Assembly (NCBI RefSeq): GCF_053078305.1 | Contig: NZ_CP166879.1 | Reading direction: 5' to 3' (one strand) | DNA length: 64,000 nucleotides | Shown here: in pieces, positions 1-14,375 of the stretch | Position numbering within the stretch: the first letter of the stretch is position 1 | Layout: every line of letters begins with the position of its first letter | Position numbers and translations under genes: made by a program | The notes under the pieces: model-generated | Databases searched by the model: none | What the model was told of the DNA's origin: nothing | Seen by the model: the letters and a program-made list of their open reading frames with translations, nothing else

Positions 1-270
1 AACGACGATATGGCGATAGGTGCGATGAAAGCGTTGCACGAGCGCGGCGTAGCGGTGCCAGAGCAGGTGTCAGTTATCGGATTCGATGATATCGCTATTG
101 CCCCCTACACCGTTCCGGCGCTCTCCAGCGTAAAAATTCCGGTGACTGAGATGATTCAGGAAATTATTGGACGGCTGATTTTTATGCTCGATGGCGGGGA
201 TTTCTCACCGCCGAAAACCTTCAGCGGAAAACTGATCCGCCGCGACTCACTCATTGCTCTTTCGCGATAA
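1..270 (+). CDS. ascG: LacI-family transcriptional repressor, C-terminal part (5' end outside window); AscG-like by synteny
   Basis: Frame-1 ORF open from the window edge to a stop at 268-270; translation (..VSVIGFDDIAIAPYTVPALSSVKIP..) is a LacI/GalR-type C-terminal domain; sits directly upstream of hydN-hypF as ascG does in K-12. Confidence 0.7.
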   Translation, partial: NDDMAIGAMKALHERGVAVPEQVSVIGFDDIAIAPYTVPALSSVKIPVTEMIQEIIGRLIFMLDGGDFSPPKTFSGKLIRRDSLIALSR

Positions 271-283
271 ACATTGTCATCAC

Positions 284-311
284 ATGTCATCGTCACTAGT
301 GTCGATGACAT
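284..311. promoter_or_regulatory. 28-bp near-perfect inverted repeat (atgtcatcg-N-cactagtg-N-cgatgacat), candidate regulator binding site upstream of hydN
   Basis: Palindrome read directly from sequence; lies about 80 bp upstream of a sigma54-like element, as an enhancer-binding-protein site would. Confidence 0.35.
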
Positions 312-365
312 CTTTTTTTCCTGCATTACAGAAATTAATTTCCTTAAATAACAGTGAATTAAAAA

Positions 366-384
366 CTGGCATGATTTGTGAATG
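366..384 (+). promoter_or_regulatory. Candidate sigma54-type -24/-12 promoter element for hydN-hypF (imperfect: TGGCAT-N5-GTGA)
   Basis: TGGCAT matches the -24 box; the -12 GC is replaced by GA; about 35 bp upstream of the hydN start. Confidence 0.25.
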
Positions 385-419
385 TATCGGCGCATTAACT
401 GTCATTGCTGGAGAATTTG

Positions 420-947
420 ATGAACCGTTTCATCATTGCTGACGCGAGTAAATGTATTGGTTGCCGTACCTGTGAAGTGGCGTGCGTGGTTTCTCATCAG
501 GAAAATCAGGACTGTGCATCGCTGACCCCGGAAACATTTTTACCGCGTATCCATGTCATTAAAGGTGTGAACATTTCCACGGCGACAGTTTGCCGTCAGT
601 GTGAAGATGCACCGTGCGCTAACGTCTGCCCGAATGGTGCTATCAGCCGTGATAAAGGGTTTGTTCATGTGATGCAGGAACGTTGCATTGGTTGCAAAAC
701 CTGCGTTGTGGCTTGCCCGTATGGCGCGATGGAAGTGGTGGTACGTCCGGTGATCCGCAACAGCGGCGCGGGTCTGAATGTACGGGCTGACAAAGCCGAA
801 GCCAATAAATGCGACCTGTGCAACCATCGTGAAGACGGCCCGGCGTGTATGGCGGCTTGCCCGACTCATGCGCTGATTTGTGTCGATCGTAATAAACTTG
901 AACAACTGAGCGCAGAAAAACGTCGCCGCACGGCGCTGATGTTCTAA
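420..947 (+). CDS. hydN: Formate-dehydrogenase-associated 4Fe-4S ferredoxin-type electron transfer protein HydN
   Basis: ORF 405..947; translation from the internal Met ([22 protein letters not shown]..) has multiple CxxCxxCxxxCP ferredoxin motifs and matches HydN; start trimmed to the ATG at 420. Confidence 0.9.
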   Translation: MNRFIIADASKCIGCRTCEVACVVSHQENQDCASLTPETFLPRIHVIKGVNISTATVCRQCEDAPCANVCPNGAISRDKGFVHVMQERCIGCKTCVVACPYGAMEVVVRPVIRNSGAGLNVRADKAEANKCDLCNHREDGPACMAACPTHALICVDRNKLEQLSAEKRRRTALMF

Positions 948-1099
948 AAATCTTACAGAACTGTTCTGGCATCAAAGGAATTCCCGGAAATATTCGTAGA
1001 ATACGGAGCGGGCGGTATCGCCGACCTGTGACTGCCGGATGCGACGCTGTCGTGTCCGGCTGGGCGGGTTACGCAATTCATGATGGCGGGAATAACTCA

Positions 1100-3352
1100 A
1101 TGGCAAAAAACACATCTTGCGGTGTCCAACTGCGTATTCGTGGCAAAGTGCAGGGCGTCGGTTTTCGTCCGTTTGTCTGGCAGCTGGCACAGCAATTAAA
1201 TCTTCACGGCGATGTCTGTAATGACGGCGATGGCGTAGAAGTCCGGCTGCTGGAAGACCCGGAAACGTTTCTTGTTCAATTGCATCAGCACTGTCCGCCA
1301 CTGGCGCGTATTGATAGCGTCGAGCGTGAGCCGTTTATCTGGCCACAGCTGCCCACCGAGTTCACCATCCGCCAGAGCACAGGCGGCGCCATGAATACGC
1401 AAATTGTTCCCGATGCCGCCACTTGCCCTGCTTGCCTTGCCGAAATGAATACCCCAGGCGAACGGCGTTATCGTTATCCGTTTATCAACTGTACCCACTG
1501 CGGCCCGCGCTTCACCATTATTCGCGCGATGCCTTACGATCGCCCGTTTACCGTGATGGCGGCGTTTCCGCTGTGTCCAGCCTGTGATAAAGAGTACCGC
1601 GACCCGCTCGATCGTCGCTTCCACGCCCAGCCGGTGGCCTGCCCGGAGTGTGGCCCGCATCTTGAATGGGTAAGTCATGGTGAACATGCAGAACAAGAGG
1701 CGGCATTACAGGCGGCTATCGCACAGTTAAAAATGGGCAACATTGTCGCCATCAAAGGGATTGGCGGATTTCATCTTGCCTGCGATGCACGTAACAGTAA
1801 CGCGGTGGCGACACTTCGGGCGCGCAAACATCGCCCGGCGAAACCGCTGGCAGTCATGTTGCCAGTGGCTGACGGTTTACCAGACGCTGCGCGCCAGTTG
1901 CTTACCACGCCCGCTGCGCCGATTGTGCTGGTGGATAAAAAATACGTACCTGAGATTTGTGATGATATCGCCCCTGGCCTTAACGAAGTCGGGGTGATGT
2001 TGCCTGCGAACCCGCTCCAGCATTTGCTGTTACAGGAACTGCAATGCCCGCTGGTGATGACCTCTGGCAACCTGAGCGGTAAACCACCGGCTATCAGCAA
2101 CGAACAGGCGCTGGCGGATTTGCAGGGCATTGCCGACGGATTCTTGATACATAACCGCGACATCGTACAGCGGATGGATGATTCGGTGGTGCGCGAAAGC
2201 GGCGAAATGCTGCGTCGTTCGCGGGGATATGTACCGGACGCACTGGCTTTGCCTCCGGGTTTTAAAAATGTTCCGCCTGTGCTGTGTCTCGGCGCGGATC
2301 TGAAAAACACCTTCTGCCTGGTGCGCGGTGAACAAGCGGTGTTGAGTCAGCATCTGGGCGATTTAAGTGACGATGGCATCCAGATGCAGTGGCGCGAAGC
2401 GTTACGCCTGATGCAAAACATCTACAATTTCACCCCGCAATACGTTGTGCATGACGCACATCCGGGCTATGTCTCCAGCCAGTGGGCGCGCGAAATGAAT
2501 ATGCCGGCGCAAACGGTACTGCATCATCATGCCCATGCAGCGGCGTGTCTGGCAGAGCATCAGTGGCCGCTGGATGGCGGTGATGTCATTGCTTTGACGC
2601 TCGACGGTATCGGTATGGGGGAGAACGGCGCTTTGTGGGGCGGCGAGTGCCTGCGGGTGAACTATCGCGAATGTGAGCACCTGGGCGGCTTGCCTGCAGT
2701 GGCGCTTCCGGGTGGCGATTTGGCGGCGAAGCAGCCGTGGCGTAACCTGCTGGCGCAGTGCCTGCGCTTTGTGCCGGAGTGGCAGAATTACCCTGAAACG
2801 GCAAGTGTGCAACAGCAAAACTGGAGCGTACTGGCGCGGGCCATTGAGCGTGGAATTAACGCGCCGCTGGCGTCATCGTGTGGGCGGGTGTTCGATGCAG
2901 TGGCGGCGGCACTGGGCTGTGCGCCAGCCACGTTAAGTTATGAAGGTGAAGCGGCTTGTGCTCTGGAGGCGCTCGCAGCCTCATGCCACGGAGTGACGCA
3001 TCCGGTGACAATGCCGCTGGTGGACAATCAACTGGATCTCGCCACTTTCTGGCAGCAGTGGCTGAACTGGCAGGCACCGGTTAATCAACGCGCGTGGGCG
3101 TTTCATGATGCGCTGGCGCAGGGTTTTGCCGCGTTGATGCGTGAGCAGGCCACGATGCACGGTATCACTACGCTGGTATTTAGCGGCGGGGTTATTCATA
3201 ACCGTTTGCTGCGTGCACGTCTGGCGCATTATCTCGCTGATTTCACATTGCTCTTCCCGCAGAGTTTACCGGCGGGTGATGGCGGTTTGTCTCTGGGGCA
3301 GGGGGTTATTGCTGCGGCGCGTTGGTTAGCGGGTGAAGTCCAGAACGGATAA
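1100..3352 (+). CDS. hypF: [NiFe]-hydrogenase maturation carbamoyltransferase HypF
   Basis: ORF 1028..3352; from [25 protein letters not shown].. it has acylphosphatase, two Zn-finger CxxC pairs, YrdC and Kae1-like regions typical of HypF; start placed at the ATG at 1100. Confidence 0.92.
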   Translation: MAKNTSCGVQLRIRGKVQGVGFRPFVWQLAQQLNLHGDVCNDGDGVEVRLLEDPETFLVQLHQHCPPLARIDSVEREPFIWPQLPTEFTIRQSTGGAMNTQIVPDAATCPACLAEMNTPGERRYRYPFINCTHCGPRFTIIRAMPYDRPFTVMAAFPLCPACDKEYRDPLDRRFHAQPVACPECGPHLEWVSHGEHAEQEAALQAAIAQLKMGNIVAIKGIGGFHLACDARNSNAVATLRARKHRPAKPLAVMLPVADGLPDAARQLLTTPAAPIVLVDKKYVPEICDDIAPGLNEVGVMLPANPLQHLLLQELQCPLVMTSGNLSGKPPAISNEQALADLQGIADGFLIHNRDIVQRMDDSVVRESGEMLRRSRGYVPDALALPPGFKNVPPVLCLGADLKNTFCLVRGEQAVLSQHLGDLSDDGIQMQWREALRLMQNIYNFTPQYVVHDAHPGYVSSQWAREMNMPAQTVLHHHAHAAACLAEHQWPLDGGDVIALTLDGIGMGENGALWGGECLRVNYRECEHLGGLPAVALPGGDLAAKQPWRNLLAQCLRFVPEWQNYPETASVQQQNWSVLARAIERGINAPLASSCGRVFDAVAAALGCAPATLSYEGEAACALEALAASCHGVTHPVTMPLVDNQLDLATFWQQWLNWQAPVNQRAWAFHDALAQGFAALMREQATMHGITTLVFSGGVIHNRLLRARLAHYLADFTLLFPQSLPAGDGGLSLGQGVIAAARWLAGEVQNG

Positions 3353-3376
3353 AACGTGTTGCATTTGGACACCCTT

Positions 3377-3672
<296 letters not shown>

Positions 3673-3675
3673 CGC

Positions 3676-4809
3676 CTACACCGGCAATGTTTTCAACAAT
3701 CCAAATGCCTCTTTCATCCGATCCTCACTGACCACAAAGGCGCGAAGTTGGTCTGCATCGTCAACACCGCGCGCCACCATTCCCTGGCGTTCGGTATTAA
3801 TCTGCCAGCGTAAATCCTGACGCTGGGTTTCGCCTGCCAGATGCAGCGGTAATTCCGGCGTTTTGATTTTCACCAGCATCGCCGGTAGTTTCAGCGGCGT
3901 GTTATTGCCGAGAAGATTTTTTGCCAGCACCATCGCGCTAAGTTGAATCGGCTGCAGGAACGGCAGTACCTGACCGTTAATTTCCGCGCAATCGCCCAGC
4001 GCGTAAATATCGGCATTACTGGTTTGCAGATAACTATCGACGCAAACGCCGCGATTAATCGTCAGCCCGGCGCGTCGTGCCAGGGCGGTTTCCGGGCGCA
4101 GTCCGGTGGCGGCAATTACCGCATCCACTTCGATGCTACGCTGGCGGTCCAGCGTTGCCAGAATGCCAGAATCCGTTTTTTCCAGCCCCTGCAACTGAGA
4201 TTTCAACAGCAGATGAACGCCCATCTCCGTCAACCGATGCTGCAAGCGGCTGCTTACTTCCGGTGGCATTAACGACGCCAGAATACTGGTAGCGTTGTCG
4301 ATTAGCGTAACCATTTTGCCTGCACGACAAAAATCCATCGCCAGTTCGCTACCAATCAAACCACCGCCAACAATCAACACGCGTCGGGCATCCCGCAGTT
4401 GCGTTTCACAGGCGCGATACTCTTGCTGACTATTTAACGTCAGCATTAACTCACGCCCAGGCACAGGCGGGACAAAGGCGCTGGCACCAGTTGCCAGCAC
4501 TAACTTGTCGTATTGCCACTGATTATTCTGGCTTTTCACCACATGGGCTTCGGCATCGATATCCGTCACCCAGGTGTGCGGAAACAGGCGCAGATTAAAC
4601 TGCTCGGCAAATTCACCCGCCGTCTGGCGGGTAAGGTCGTCGGCACGTTGCCCCTGACTGATAACATGGCTGAGGTCAGGTTTGTTGTACTCATCCATGC
4701 TGTCGGCGGCAATCAGGGTTAATGGAATACTGGCGTCCTGTTTGCGAATATTTTTCACCAGTTGGCGGGCGGCGAAGCCCGAACCAATGATCACAATGCC
4801 GTTGCTCAT
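3676..4809 (-). CDS. norW: NADH:flavorubredoxin reductase NorW
   Basis: 377-aa ORF; N-terminal GxGxxG FAD/NAD fold ([14 protein letters not shown]); directly downstream of norV with 4-bp overlap. Confidence 0.93.
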   Translation of the reverse strand: MSNGIVIIGSGFAARQLVKNIRKQDASIPLTLIAADSMDEYNKPDLSHVISQGQRADDLTRQTAGEFAEQFNLRLFPHTWVTDIDAEAHVVKSQNNQWQYDKLVLATGASAFVPPVPGRELMLTLNSQQEYRACETQLRDARRVLIVGGGLIGSELAMDFCRAGKMVTLIDNATSILASLMPPEVSSRLQHRLTEMGVHLLLKSQLQGLEKTDSGILATLDRQRSIEVDAVIAATGLRPETALARRAGLTINRGVCVDSYLQTSNADIYALGDCAEINGQVLPFLQPIQLSAMVLAKNLLGNNTPLKLPAMLVKIKTPELPLHLAGETQRQDLRWQINTERQGMVARGVDDADQLRAFVVSEDRMKEAFGLLKTLPV

Positions 4810-6245
4810 TTTGCCTCCGATGCCAGTTCGTCAAAGACGTCTTTGCCGAGGGAGCATTCCGGGCACAGGAAGTTATCCGGGACTTCACTCCACGGCGTTC
4901 CTGGCGCAACGTCCTGCATTGGCTCGCCTTTTGCCGGATCGTAAATCCACTGGCAGACGCTGCACTGCATCCGTGGGCCGAGGTCAGCCGTCGTGGTGGC
5001 AGAGGTTTCTTCTTTAACTACCGTATTCACCGTGCTCTGCGGCAGCGGCGCGAGCGCCCACTGACGGGCGATTTCGCGACCGTGTTCACGGCATAACTCC
5101 AGAGCGTCCTGGTCTGGTCGCCATTTCGCTTTCAGGCTAAGCGACATTTCGAAACCCGCATCCTGCAGGCGCGTGGAAAGACGATCCACCGCACCGCCGC
5201 TCCAGCCGTGAGAGCCGAAAGCACTGGCGCGTTTGTTACGGAAGCGTAATCCGGTCATCTCCTCCACCAGCCCGGCGATTTTCGGCATCATCACGTTATT
5301 CATCGTCGAAGTGCCGACCAGCACGCCTTTTGAGCGGAAGACATTGGTCAGGATTTCGTTTTTATCGCTTCGGGCGACGTTGAAAATTTTCACCGCCACG
5401 CGTGGGTCGGTTTCCGCAATCCCCTGGGCGATAGCGTCAGCCATCATGCGGGTGTTATTCGACATGGTGTCGTAGAAAATGGTGATTCTGTCTTCCTGAT
5501 AATCAGCGGCCCACTTCAGGTACAGCTCGACAATTTGCGTCGGGTTATCGCGCCAGACCACGCCGTGGGAGGTCGCTATCATATCGACTGGTAAGTTAAA
5601 GCCCAGGATCTCGGTAATTTTCGGCGTTACCAGGCGGCTGAACGGCGTCAGGATATTGGCGTAGTAACGCTGGCACTGCTCGAAAAGCTCCGTCTGATCC
5701 ACTTCATCGTTGAACAGATGCTCGTCGCAGTAGTGCTGACCGAAAGCATCGTTACTGAACAGCACCGCGTCGCCTGTCAGGTAAGTCATCATGCTGTCCG
5801 GCCAGTGCAGCATTGGTGTTTCGACAAAAATGAGCTGTTTGCCGTTGCCGATATCCAGCGTGTCGCCAGTTTTCACCACATTAAAATTCCACTCCGGATG
5901 ATGGTGATGACCATTTATCGAGTCGATAGCGTTGGCTGTACAGTAGATCGGCGTATCGGGAATTTGTGCCATCAGTTCGGTCAGCGCCCCGGCGTGGTCC
6001 TCTTCTGCATGGTTAATCACGATGTAATCGATATCCGCCAGATCGATTTCATTACGCAGGTTCTGCACAAATTCGCGGCTGAATTTATGGTCGACGGTGT
6101 CGATCAGCACGTTTTTTTCTTCGCGGATGAGGTAGCTGTTGTAGCTGCTGCCGCGCAGCGTTTTATATTCCGTGCCGTGAAAATCACGCACTTCCCAGTC
6201 ACGTTGACCCACCCAATGAATGTTATTTTTCACCACAATAGACAT
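4806..6245 (-). CDS. norV: Anaerobic nitric oxide reductase flavorubredoxin NorV
   Basis: 479-aa ORF; metallo-beta-lactamase-like, flavodoxin-like and C-terminal rubredoxin ([14 protein letters not shown]) regions. Confidence 0.95.
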   Translation of the reverse strand: MSIVVKNNIHWVGQRDWEVRDFHGTEYKTLRGSSYNSYLIREEKNVLIDTVDHKFSREFVQNLRNEIDLADIDYIVINHAEEDHAGALTELMAQIPDTPIYCTANAIDSINGHHHHPEWNFNVVKTGDTLDIGNGKQLIFVETPMLHWPDSMMTYLTGDAVLFSNDAFGQHYCDEHLFNDEVDQTELFEQCQRYYANILTPFSRLVTPKITEILGFNLPVDMIATSHGVVWRDNPTQIVELYLKWAADYQEDRITIFYDTMSNNTRMMADAIAQGIAETDPRVAVKIFNVARSDKNEILTNVFRSKGVLVGTSTMNNVMMPKIAGLVEEMTGLRFRNKRASAFGSHGWSGGAVDRLSTRLQDAGFEMSLSLKAKWRPDQDALELCREHGREIARQWALAPLPQSTVNTVVKEETSATTTADLGPRMQCSVCQWIYDPAKGEPMQDVAPGTPWSEVPDNFLCPECSLGKDVFDELASEAK

Positions 6246-6291
6246 AGCAACCTCAATTTATTCAGCGTGTTCTAAAAAGATGTCTTGCTAA

Positions 6292-6309
6292 TTGCAGATT
6301 GCGTGCCAG
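6292..6309 (-). promoter_or_regulatory. sigma54 (-24/-12) promoter of norVW
   Basis: Minus-strand reading cTGGCACgcaatcTGCAa fits TGGCAC-N5-TTGCA; located about 50 bp upstream of the norV ATG. Confidence 0.75.
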
Positions 6310-6363
6310 TTTTTTATCTGATTGTTTTTACTCTATAAATAAAATTATGCTCATTAGTGAGTA

Positions 6364-6419
6364 GTCAAAATGACTATCAATCAAATGGTCGATATGACAA
6401 TATCTATAGTCAAATTGAC
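6364..6419. promoter_or_regulatory. Three NorR enhancer sites (GT-N7-AC): gtcaaaatgac, gtcgatatgac, gtcaaattgac
   Basis: Three evenly spaced GT-N7-AC motifs at 6364-6374, 6388-6398 and 6409-6419 in the norR-norV divergent intergenic region, upstream of the sigma54 promoter. Confidence 0.8.
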
Positions 6420-6431
6420 AGTGAGGCAAAG

Positions 6432-7946
6432 ATGAGTTTTTCCGTTGATGTGCTGGCGAATATCGCCATCGAATTGCAGCGTGGGATTGGTCATCAGGAT
6501 CGTTTTCAGCGCCTGATCACCACGCTGCGTCAGGTGCTGGAGTGCGATGCGTCTGCGTTGCTACGTTACGACTCGCGGCAGTTTATTCCGCTTGCCATCG
6601 ACGGGCTGGCGAAGGATGTACTCGGTAGACGCTTTGCGCTGGAAGGTCATCCACGGCTGGAAGCGATTGCCCGCGCGGGTGATGTGGTGCGCTTTCCCGC
6701 AGACAGCGAATTGCCCGATCCCTATGACGGTTTGATTCCAGGGCAGGAGAGTCTGAAGGTTCACGCCTGCGTTGGTCTGCCGCTGTTTGCCGGGCAAAAC
6801 CTGATCGGCGCATTGACGCTCGACGGGATGCAGCCCGATCAGTTCGATGTTTTCAGCGACGAAGAGTTACGCCTGATTGCCGCGCTGGCGGCGGGAGCGT
6901 TAAGCAATGCGTTGCTGATTGAGCAACTGGAAAGCCAGAATATGCTGCCGGGCGATGCCGCTCCATTTGAAGCGGTGAAACAGACGCAGATGATCGGTCT
7001 GTCGCCAGGCATGACGCAACTGAAAAAAGAGATTGAGATTGTGGCGGCGTCCGATCTCAACGTCCTGATCAGCGGTGAGACGGGAACCGGTAAGGAGCTG
7101 GTGGCGAAAGCGATTCATGAGGCCTCGCCACGGGCGGTGAATCCGCTGGTCTATCTCAACTGTGCCGCACTGCCGGAAAGTGTGGCGGAAAGTGAGTTGT
7201 TCGGGCATGTGAAAGGAGCGTTTACTGGCGCTATCAGTAACCGCAGTGGGAAGTTTGAAATGGCGGATAACGGCACGCTGTTTCTGGATGAGATCGGCGA
7301 GTTGTCGTTGGCATTGCAGGCCAAGCTGCTGAGGGTGTTGCAGTATGGCGATATTCAGCGCGTTGGCGATGACCGTAGTTTGCGGGTCGATGTGCGCGTG
7401 CTGGCGGCGACTAACCGCGATTTACGCGAAGAGGTGCTGGCAGGGCGATTTCGCGCTGACTTGTTCCACCGCCTGAGCGTGTTTCCACTTTCGGTGCCGC
7501 CGCTGCGTGAGCGGGGCGATGATGTCATTCTGCTGGCGGGGTATTTCTGCGAGCAGTGTCGTTTGCGGCAGGGGCTCTCCCGCGTGGTATTAAGTGCCGG
7601 AGCGCGAAATTTACTGCAACACTATCGTTTTCCGGGGAACGTGCGCGAACTGGAACATGCTATTCATCGGGCGGTAGTGCTGGCGAGAGCCACCCGCAAC
7701 GGCGATGAAGTGATTCTTGAGGCGCAACATTTTGCTTTTCCTGAGGTGACGTTACCGCCGCCAGAAGCGGCGGCGGTGCCCGTTGTTAAGCAAAACCTGC
7801 GTGAAGCGACAGAAGCGTTCCAGCGTGAAACTATTCGTCAGGCACTGGCACAAAATCATCACAACTGGGCAGCCTGCGCGCGAATGCTGGAAACCGACGT
7901 CGCCAACCTGCATCGGCTGGCGAAACGTCTGGGATTGAAGGATTAA
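6432..7946 (+). CDS. norR: Nitric-oxide-responsive sigma54-dependent transcriptional activator NorR
   Basis: ORF 6357..7946; from [18 protein letters not shown].. contains GAF domain, AAA+ sigma54-interaction domain ([14 protein letters not shown]) and C-terminal HTH; start placed at ATG 6432. Confidence 0.92.
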   Translation: MSFSVDVLANIAIELQRGIGHQDRFQRLITTLRQVLECDASALLRYDSRQFIPLAIDGLAKDVLGRRFALEGHPRLEAIARAGDVVRFPADSELPDPYDGLIPGQESLKVHACVGLPLFAGQNLIGALTLDGMQPDQFDVFSDEELRLIAALAAGALSNALLIEQLESQNMLPGDAAPFEAVKQTQMIGLSPGMTQLKKEIEIVAASDLNVLISGETGTGKELVAKAIHEASPRAVNPLVYLNCAALPESVAESELFGHVKGAFTGAISNRSGKFEMADNGTLFLDEIGELSLALQAKLLRVLQYGDIQRVGDDRSLRVDVRVLAATNRDLREEVLAGRFRADLFHRLSVFPLSVPPLRERGDDVILLAGYFCEQCRLRQGLSRVVLSAGARNLLQHYRFPGNVRELEHAIHRAVVLARATRNGDEVILEAQHFAFPEVTLPPPEAAAVPVVKQNLREATEAFQRETIRQALAQNHHNWAACARMLETDVANLHRLAKRLGLKD

Positions 7947-8908
7947 ATAATCCCGGCCTGATAGAAATCCTGCAGGTTAATTGCGCCGGTGAGTTTGCCG
8001 TTTTCATCCACCACCGGTGCGGCAGTGATTTTGCGCTTCATCAGGATCTCTTTGGCGTCGATGGCGCGACTTTGTGCCTGTAATGTGGTGCCGCCTGTCG
8101 TCATCGCTTCATTGACTGGCGTGGTGAGTGCGCCTCCGCCAACCAGCCAGCGACGTAAATCGCCGTCGGTAAAGACGCCTTGTACCTGTTGTTGAGCGTC
8201 ACATACCGCCACCAGCCCCAGACCGGTGCGACTGAGCTCCAGCATCGCATCCATCACGCTGGCGGTTAACGCTACCTGTGGGATAGCGTCATCACGACGC
8301 ATCAGATGATGCACTTTATTCAGCAAGCGAGCGCCCAGTGCCCCGGCTGGGTGGGAGCGGGCAAAATCTTCTTCATTAAATCCGCGCGCCTGCATGACCG
8401 CCATCGCCAGCGCGTCACCCATCATCAGGGTATTGACGGTGCTGGAGGTCGGCGCAAGGTGCATCGGGCAGGCTTCGCGTTCTACGGAGATATCCAGCAC
8501 CGCTTTCGCCGCCAGGCCCAGCGGTGACGTCGGTTTGCCGGTCATCGCCAGCAGCGCGATAGATTTATCTTCCAGACGCGGAATAATCAGATCCAGTTCC
8601 TTCGCGCCACCGGAGTAAGAAATAAACAGCATCACATCGCGGCTTTCGATCATCCCCAGATCGCCGTGTAGTGCTTCTGCCGGATGGACAAAAAAAGCCG
8701 GTGTGCCAGTACTGGCAAGCGTTGCGGCGATTTTCTTACCAATGTGGCCCGATTTGCCAATTCCCGAAACCACCACTTTGCCTTCGCAGTGCAGGATGAT
8801 ATTGGCGGCGCGAACAAAATCATTGCCCAGACGTTCCGGTAAACGGCTTGCTTCCTGCAATTCCAGCATTAACGTCTGACGTCCCGCGTTCAGTAGTGCT
8901 TCACTCAT
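7943..8908 (-). CDS. gutQ: D-arabinose 5-phosphate isomerase GutQ (SIS domain plus tandem CBS)
   Basis: 321-aa ORF; SIS motif [15 protein letters not shown]; last gene of the gut/srl operon. Confidence 0.92.
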   Translation of the reverse strand: MSEALLNAGRQTLMLELQEASRLPERLGNDFVRAANIILHCEGKVVVSGIGKSGHIGKKIAATLASTGTPAFFVHPAEALHGDLGMIESRDVMLFISYSGGAKELDLIIPRLEDKSIALLAMTGKPTSPLGLAAKAVLDISVEREACPMHLAPTSSTVNTLMMGDALAMAVMQARGFNEEDFARSHPAGALGARLLNKVHHLMRRDDAIPQVALTASVMDAMLELSRTGLGLVAVCDAQQQVQGVFTDGDLRRWLVGGGALTTPVNEAMTTGGTTLQAQSRAIDAKEILMKRKITAAPVVDENGKLTGAINLQDFYQAGII

Positions 8909-9674
8909 TGCTCTCTCCGGTTATGATCACATCGATCCCTTTCTCTTCCAGCGCCTGACGAAACGCCGGATCGATATCTGCGTCGGTAATCAGCTTATCG
9001 ACGCTTTCAAGACTGCAAACTACGTTGGGGCTTTTACGGCCAAACTTTGATGAGTCCGCCATCAAAATCACTTCGCGCGCGGCATTGCACATTGCCTTAC
9101 TGACGGTATAAACCTCGTTGAAGGTGGTTACGCCCGCATTGAGATCGATGCCGTCAGTACCCATGAATAATTTGTCGAAGGTGAAATGCTCGAAGGCATT
9201 CTCTGCCAGCTGCCCGTGAAATGAGGCCGATTTTTTACGAAACGTTCCGCCTGGCATCAGGATAGTTTGTTCGTTATCCAGTTCGGATAGCGCATTGACG
9301 ATATGCAGGCTGTTGGTCATCACCGTGATGTTATTAAAGCGCGAGAGCAGGGGAACCATCTGCAAAACGGTACTGCCAGCATCAAGAATGATCGAATCGC
9401 CATCATGGATAAAACTAACGGCAGCTTCTGCAATCAGCTCTTTCTTGTGGGTGTTGATGAGTGTTTTATGATCGATAGGCGGATCGGATTCCTCTTTATT
9501 CAACATCACTCCGCCATAAGTACGAATGACGGTTCCGGCATGTTCCAGAATGACCAGATCTTTGCGAATGGTTGTGCCTGTGGTGTCAAAGTATTGCGCC
9601 AATTCTTCAACCGAGCATTTACCCTGCTTTTGCAGATACTCCAGAATGGCGGCCTGACGCTGACGAGGTTTCAT
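8901..9674 (-). CDS. srlR: DeoR-family glucitol operon repressor
   Basis: 257-aa ORF with N-terminal DeoR-type HTH; position between gutM and gutQ. Confidence 0.92.
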   Translation of the reverse strand: MKPRQRQAAILEYLQKQGKCSVEELAQYFDTTGTTIRKDLVILEHAGTVIRTYGGVMLNKEESDPPIDHKTLINTHKKELIAEAAVSFIHDGDSIILDAGSTVLQMVPLLSRFNNITVMTNSLHIVNALSELDNEQTILMPGGTFRKKSASFHGQLAENAFEHFTFDKLFMGTDGIDLNAGVTTFNEVYTVSKAMCNAAREVILMADSSKFGRKSPNVVCSLESVDKLITDADIDPAFRQALEEKGIDVIITGESNE

Positions 9675-9740
9675 GGGCGTGATTACCTGATTTAGGTTTC
9701 AAAATGATAACTTCGCAAGCAAGTAACATTCACAACGAAA

Positions 9741-10100
9741 TTATCCACGTTTCAGTTTAAGCGCCAATGATAGAGCATTCTGTGATAGTGGATCATGGGG
9801 AAAGATCACATCGGGCTGTAAATCACCCGCATGCATACCGGTAATTGCGGGAATTTTTTGCGGTCGGGCGAAGACGGTCAGTCCTTTCATAAACAAGGTG
9901 TCGGCGATGCGCTGCTGATCGTCCAGGGCGATGGCGACCACGACCCGCGGTTTAAAGCGCCCACTGGAACGGCCCACGCCAACCCGCCCTTGCTGGCATA
10001 GTGTGTCGAAGGCACGGTTAAAACGAGAAATTTGCCAGCCGCCTAAGGCCAGTTGCGCACACCAGGCGATAACGGCGACAGTGATGAGTGCGGATACCAT
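9741..10100 (-). CDS. srlM: Glucitol operon activator GutM
   Basis: 119-aa ORF with N-terminal hydrophobic segment; position between srlD and srlR. Confidence 0.88.
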   Translation of the reverse strand: MVSALITVAVIAWCAQLALGGWQISRFNRAFDTLCQQGRVGVGRSSGRFKPRVVVAIALDDQQRIADTLFMKGLTVFARPQKIPAITGMHAGDLQPDVIFPHDPLSQNALSLALKLKRG

Positions 10101-10135
10101 AACTTTTCCTTAATGTAGTGGCGGAAGTCCTGTAT

Positions 10136-10198
10136 GCCTGATGAGCGTAGCGCGTCAGGCATTCTATTAGTCTCACGGAGATCCTTAACGGATCTCCG
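10136..10198. repeat. Two intercistronic hairpins (REP-like gcctgatgagcgtagcgcgtcaggc and ggagatcc/ggatctcc) between srlD and gutM
   Basis: Perfect inverted repeats read directly from sequence. Confidence 0.6.
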
Positions 10199-10205
10199 CT
10201 GTTGA

Positions 10206-11360
<1,155 letters not shown>

Positions 11361-11370
11361 GTTTCAGCCT

Positions 11371-12908
<1,538 letters not shown>

Positions 12909-13145
12909 TTATTGTTTTATTACCAAACGGCAACCTAATCTAATCAGATTGAAAGATTTAAAAGTGTTATTTTGATCGCAAAATGAAAGATAAATATTTT
13001 AATTTGAAAGTTTGAGTAAAAGGATAGCGAGGAGAATGAGTTGAGTTATGTAAAGTCCGTATCGGGCAGTGACTACCGCTTCCTTGTGCGGGGCGTGATG
13101 CTTTACCATACTTGCCCCTGGTTGAATCTGTTAAATGGACCCCTC

Positions 13146-14231
13146 ATGTTCAAGCGTCGTTATGTAACATTGCTTCCCCTTTTTGTGTTGCTTGCCGCCT
13201 GTAGCAGCAAGCCAAAACCTACTGAGACTGAAACGACCACCGGAACGCCGTCTGGCGGCTTCCTGCTTGAGCCGCAGCACAATGTGATGCAGATGGGCGG
13301 CGATTTCGCTAATAACCCGAATGCCCAGCAGTTCATCGACAGAATGGTGAACAAACACGGTTTCGATCGTCAGCAGTTGCAGGAAATTCTCTCCCAGGCG
13401 AAGCGTCTGGATTCGGTACTGCGGCTGATGGATAACCAGGCACCAACCACATCGGTGAAACCGCCATCAGGTCCGAACGGCGCATGGCTGCGTTATCGCA
13501 AAAAATTTATTACGCCGGACAATGTGCAGAACGGTGTGGTTTTCTGGAATCAGTATGAAGATGCGTTGAATCGCGCGTGGCAGGTGTATGGCGTACCGCC
13601 GGAAATTATCGTCGGGATTATCGGCGTTGAAACTCGCTGGGGGCGCGTGATGGGGAAAACTCGCATCCTAGATGCGCTGGCAACGCTGTCATTTAACTAC
13701 CCACGCCGCGCGGAGTATTTCTCTGGCGAGCTGGAAACCTTCCTGTTGATGGCGCGCGACGAGCAGGACGATCCGCTCAATCTGAAAGGTTCCTTTGCCG
13801 GGGCGATGGGCTATGGTCAGTTTATGCCGTCGTCTTACAAACAATATGCAGTGGATTTCAGCGGCGATGGGCATATCAACCTGTGGGATCCGGTTGATGC
13901 GATCGGTAGCGTGGCGAATTATTTCAAAGCGCACGGCTGGGTGAAAGGCGATCAGGTCGCGGTAATGGCAAACGGTCAGGCTCCAGGCTTGCCAAATGGC
14001 TTCAAAACCAAGTACAGCATTTCGCAGCTTGCCGCGGCAGGTTTAACGCCACAGCAGCCGCTGGGCAACCATCAACAAGCCAGCCTGCTGCGTCTGGATG
14101 TCGGTACCGGTTACCAGTACTGGTACGGTCTGCCGAACTTCTACACCATTACCCGTTATAACCACAGCACCCATTACGCAATGGCGGTCTGGCAGTTAGG
14201 ACAAGCCGTGGCGCTGGCGCGCGTGCAGTAA
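13146..14231 (+). CDS. mltB: Membrane-bound lytic murein transglycosylase B (lipoprotein)
   Basis: ORF 13041..14231; from MFKRRYVTLLPLFVLLAACSSKP.. has a lipoprotein signal peptide with lipobox LAAC; start placed at ATG 13146. Confidence 0.92.
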   Translation: MFKRRYVTLLPLFVLLAACSSKPKPTETETTTGTPSGGFLLEPQHNVMQMGGDFANNPNAQQFIDRMVNKHGFDRQQLQEILSQAKRLDSVLRLMDNQAPTTSVKPPSGPNGAWLRYRKKFITPDNVQNGVVFWNQYEDALNRAWQVYGVPPEIIVGIIGVETRWGRVMGKTRILDALATLSFNYPRRAEYFSGELETFLLMARDEQDDPLNLKGSFAGAMGYGQFMPSSYKQYAVDFSGDGHINLWDPVDAIGSVANYFKAHGWVKGDQVAVMANGQAPGLPNGFKTKYSISQLAAAGLTPQQPLGNHQQASLLRLDVGTGYQYWYGLPNFYTITRYNHSTHYAMAVWQLGQAVALARVQ

Positions 14232-14375
14232 CTATTTGCAAGAGGGGGGCGTGAGCTTCCCTCTGGCTAATCAGCTTTTTTCTGAATCCTCCTCGTAAAA
14301 TTGCAACGCCAACACCATCTTCCTGACGAAAGTGCTATCTTGTCCGGCATAAATTTTTGACTGACAGAGGTTGTG

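Noticed and set aside
5718-6275. 185-aa plus-strand ORF antisense to norV
   Set aside because: Fully embedded in norV on the opposite strand, with no independent support.
6357-6431. N-terminal extensions in the track (norR from 6357, also hypF 1028, mltB 13041, recA 14938, gabP 46543, csiD 51852, proX 31685)
   Set aside because: The extensions precede the recognisable conserved N-termini and, for norR, overlap the NorR binding sites; internal Met starts chosen instead.
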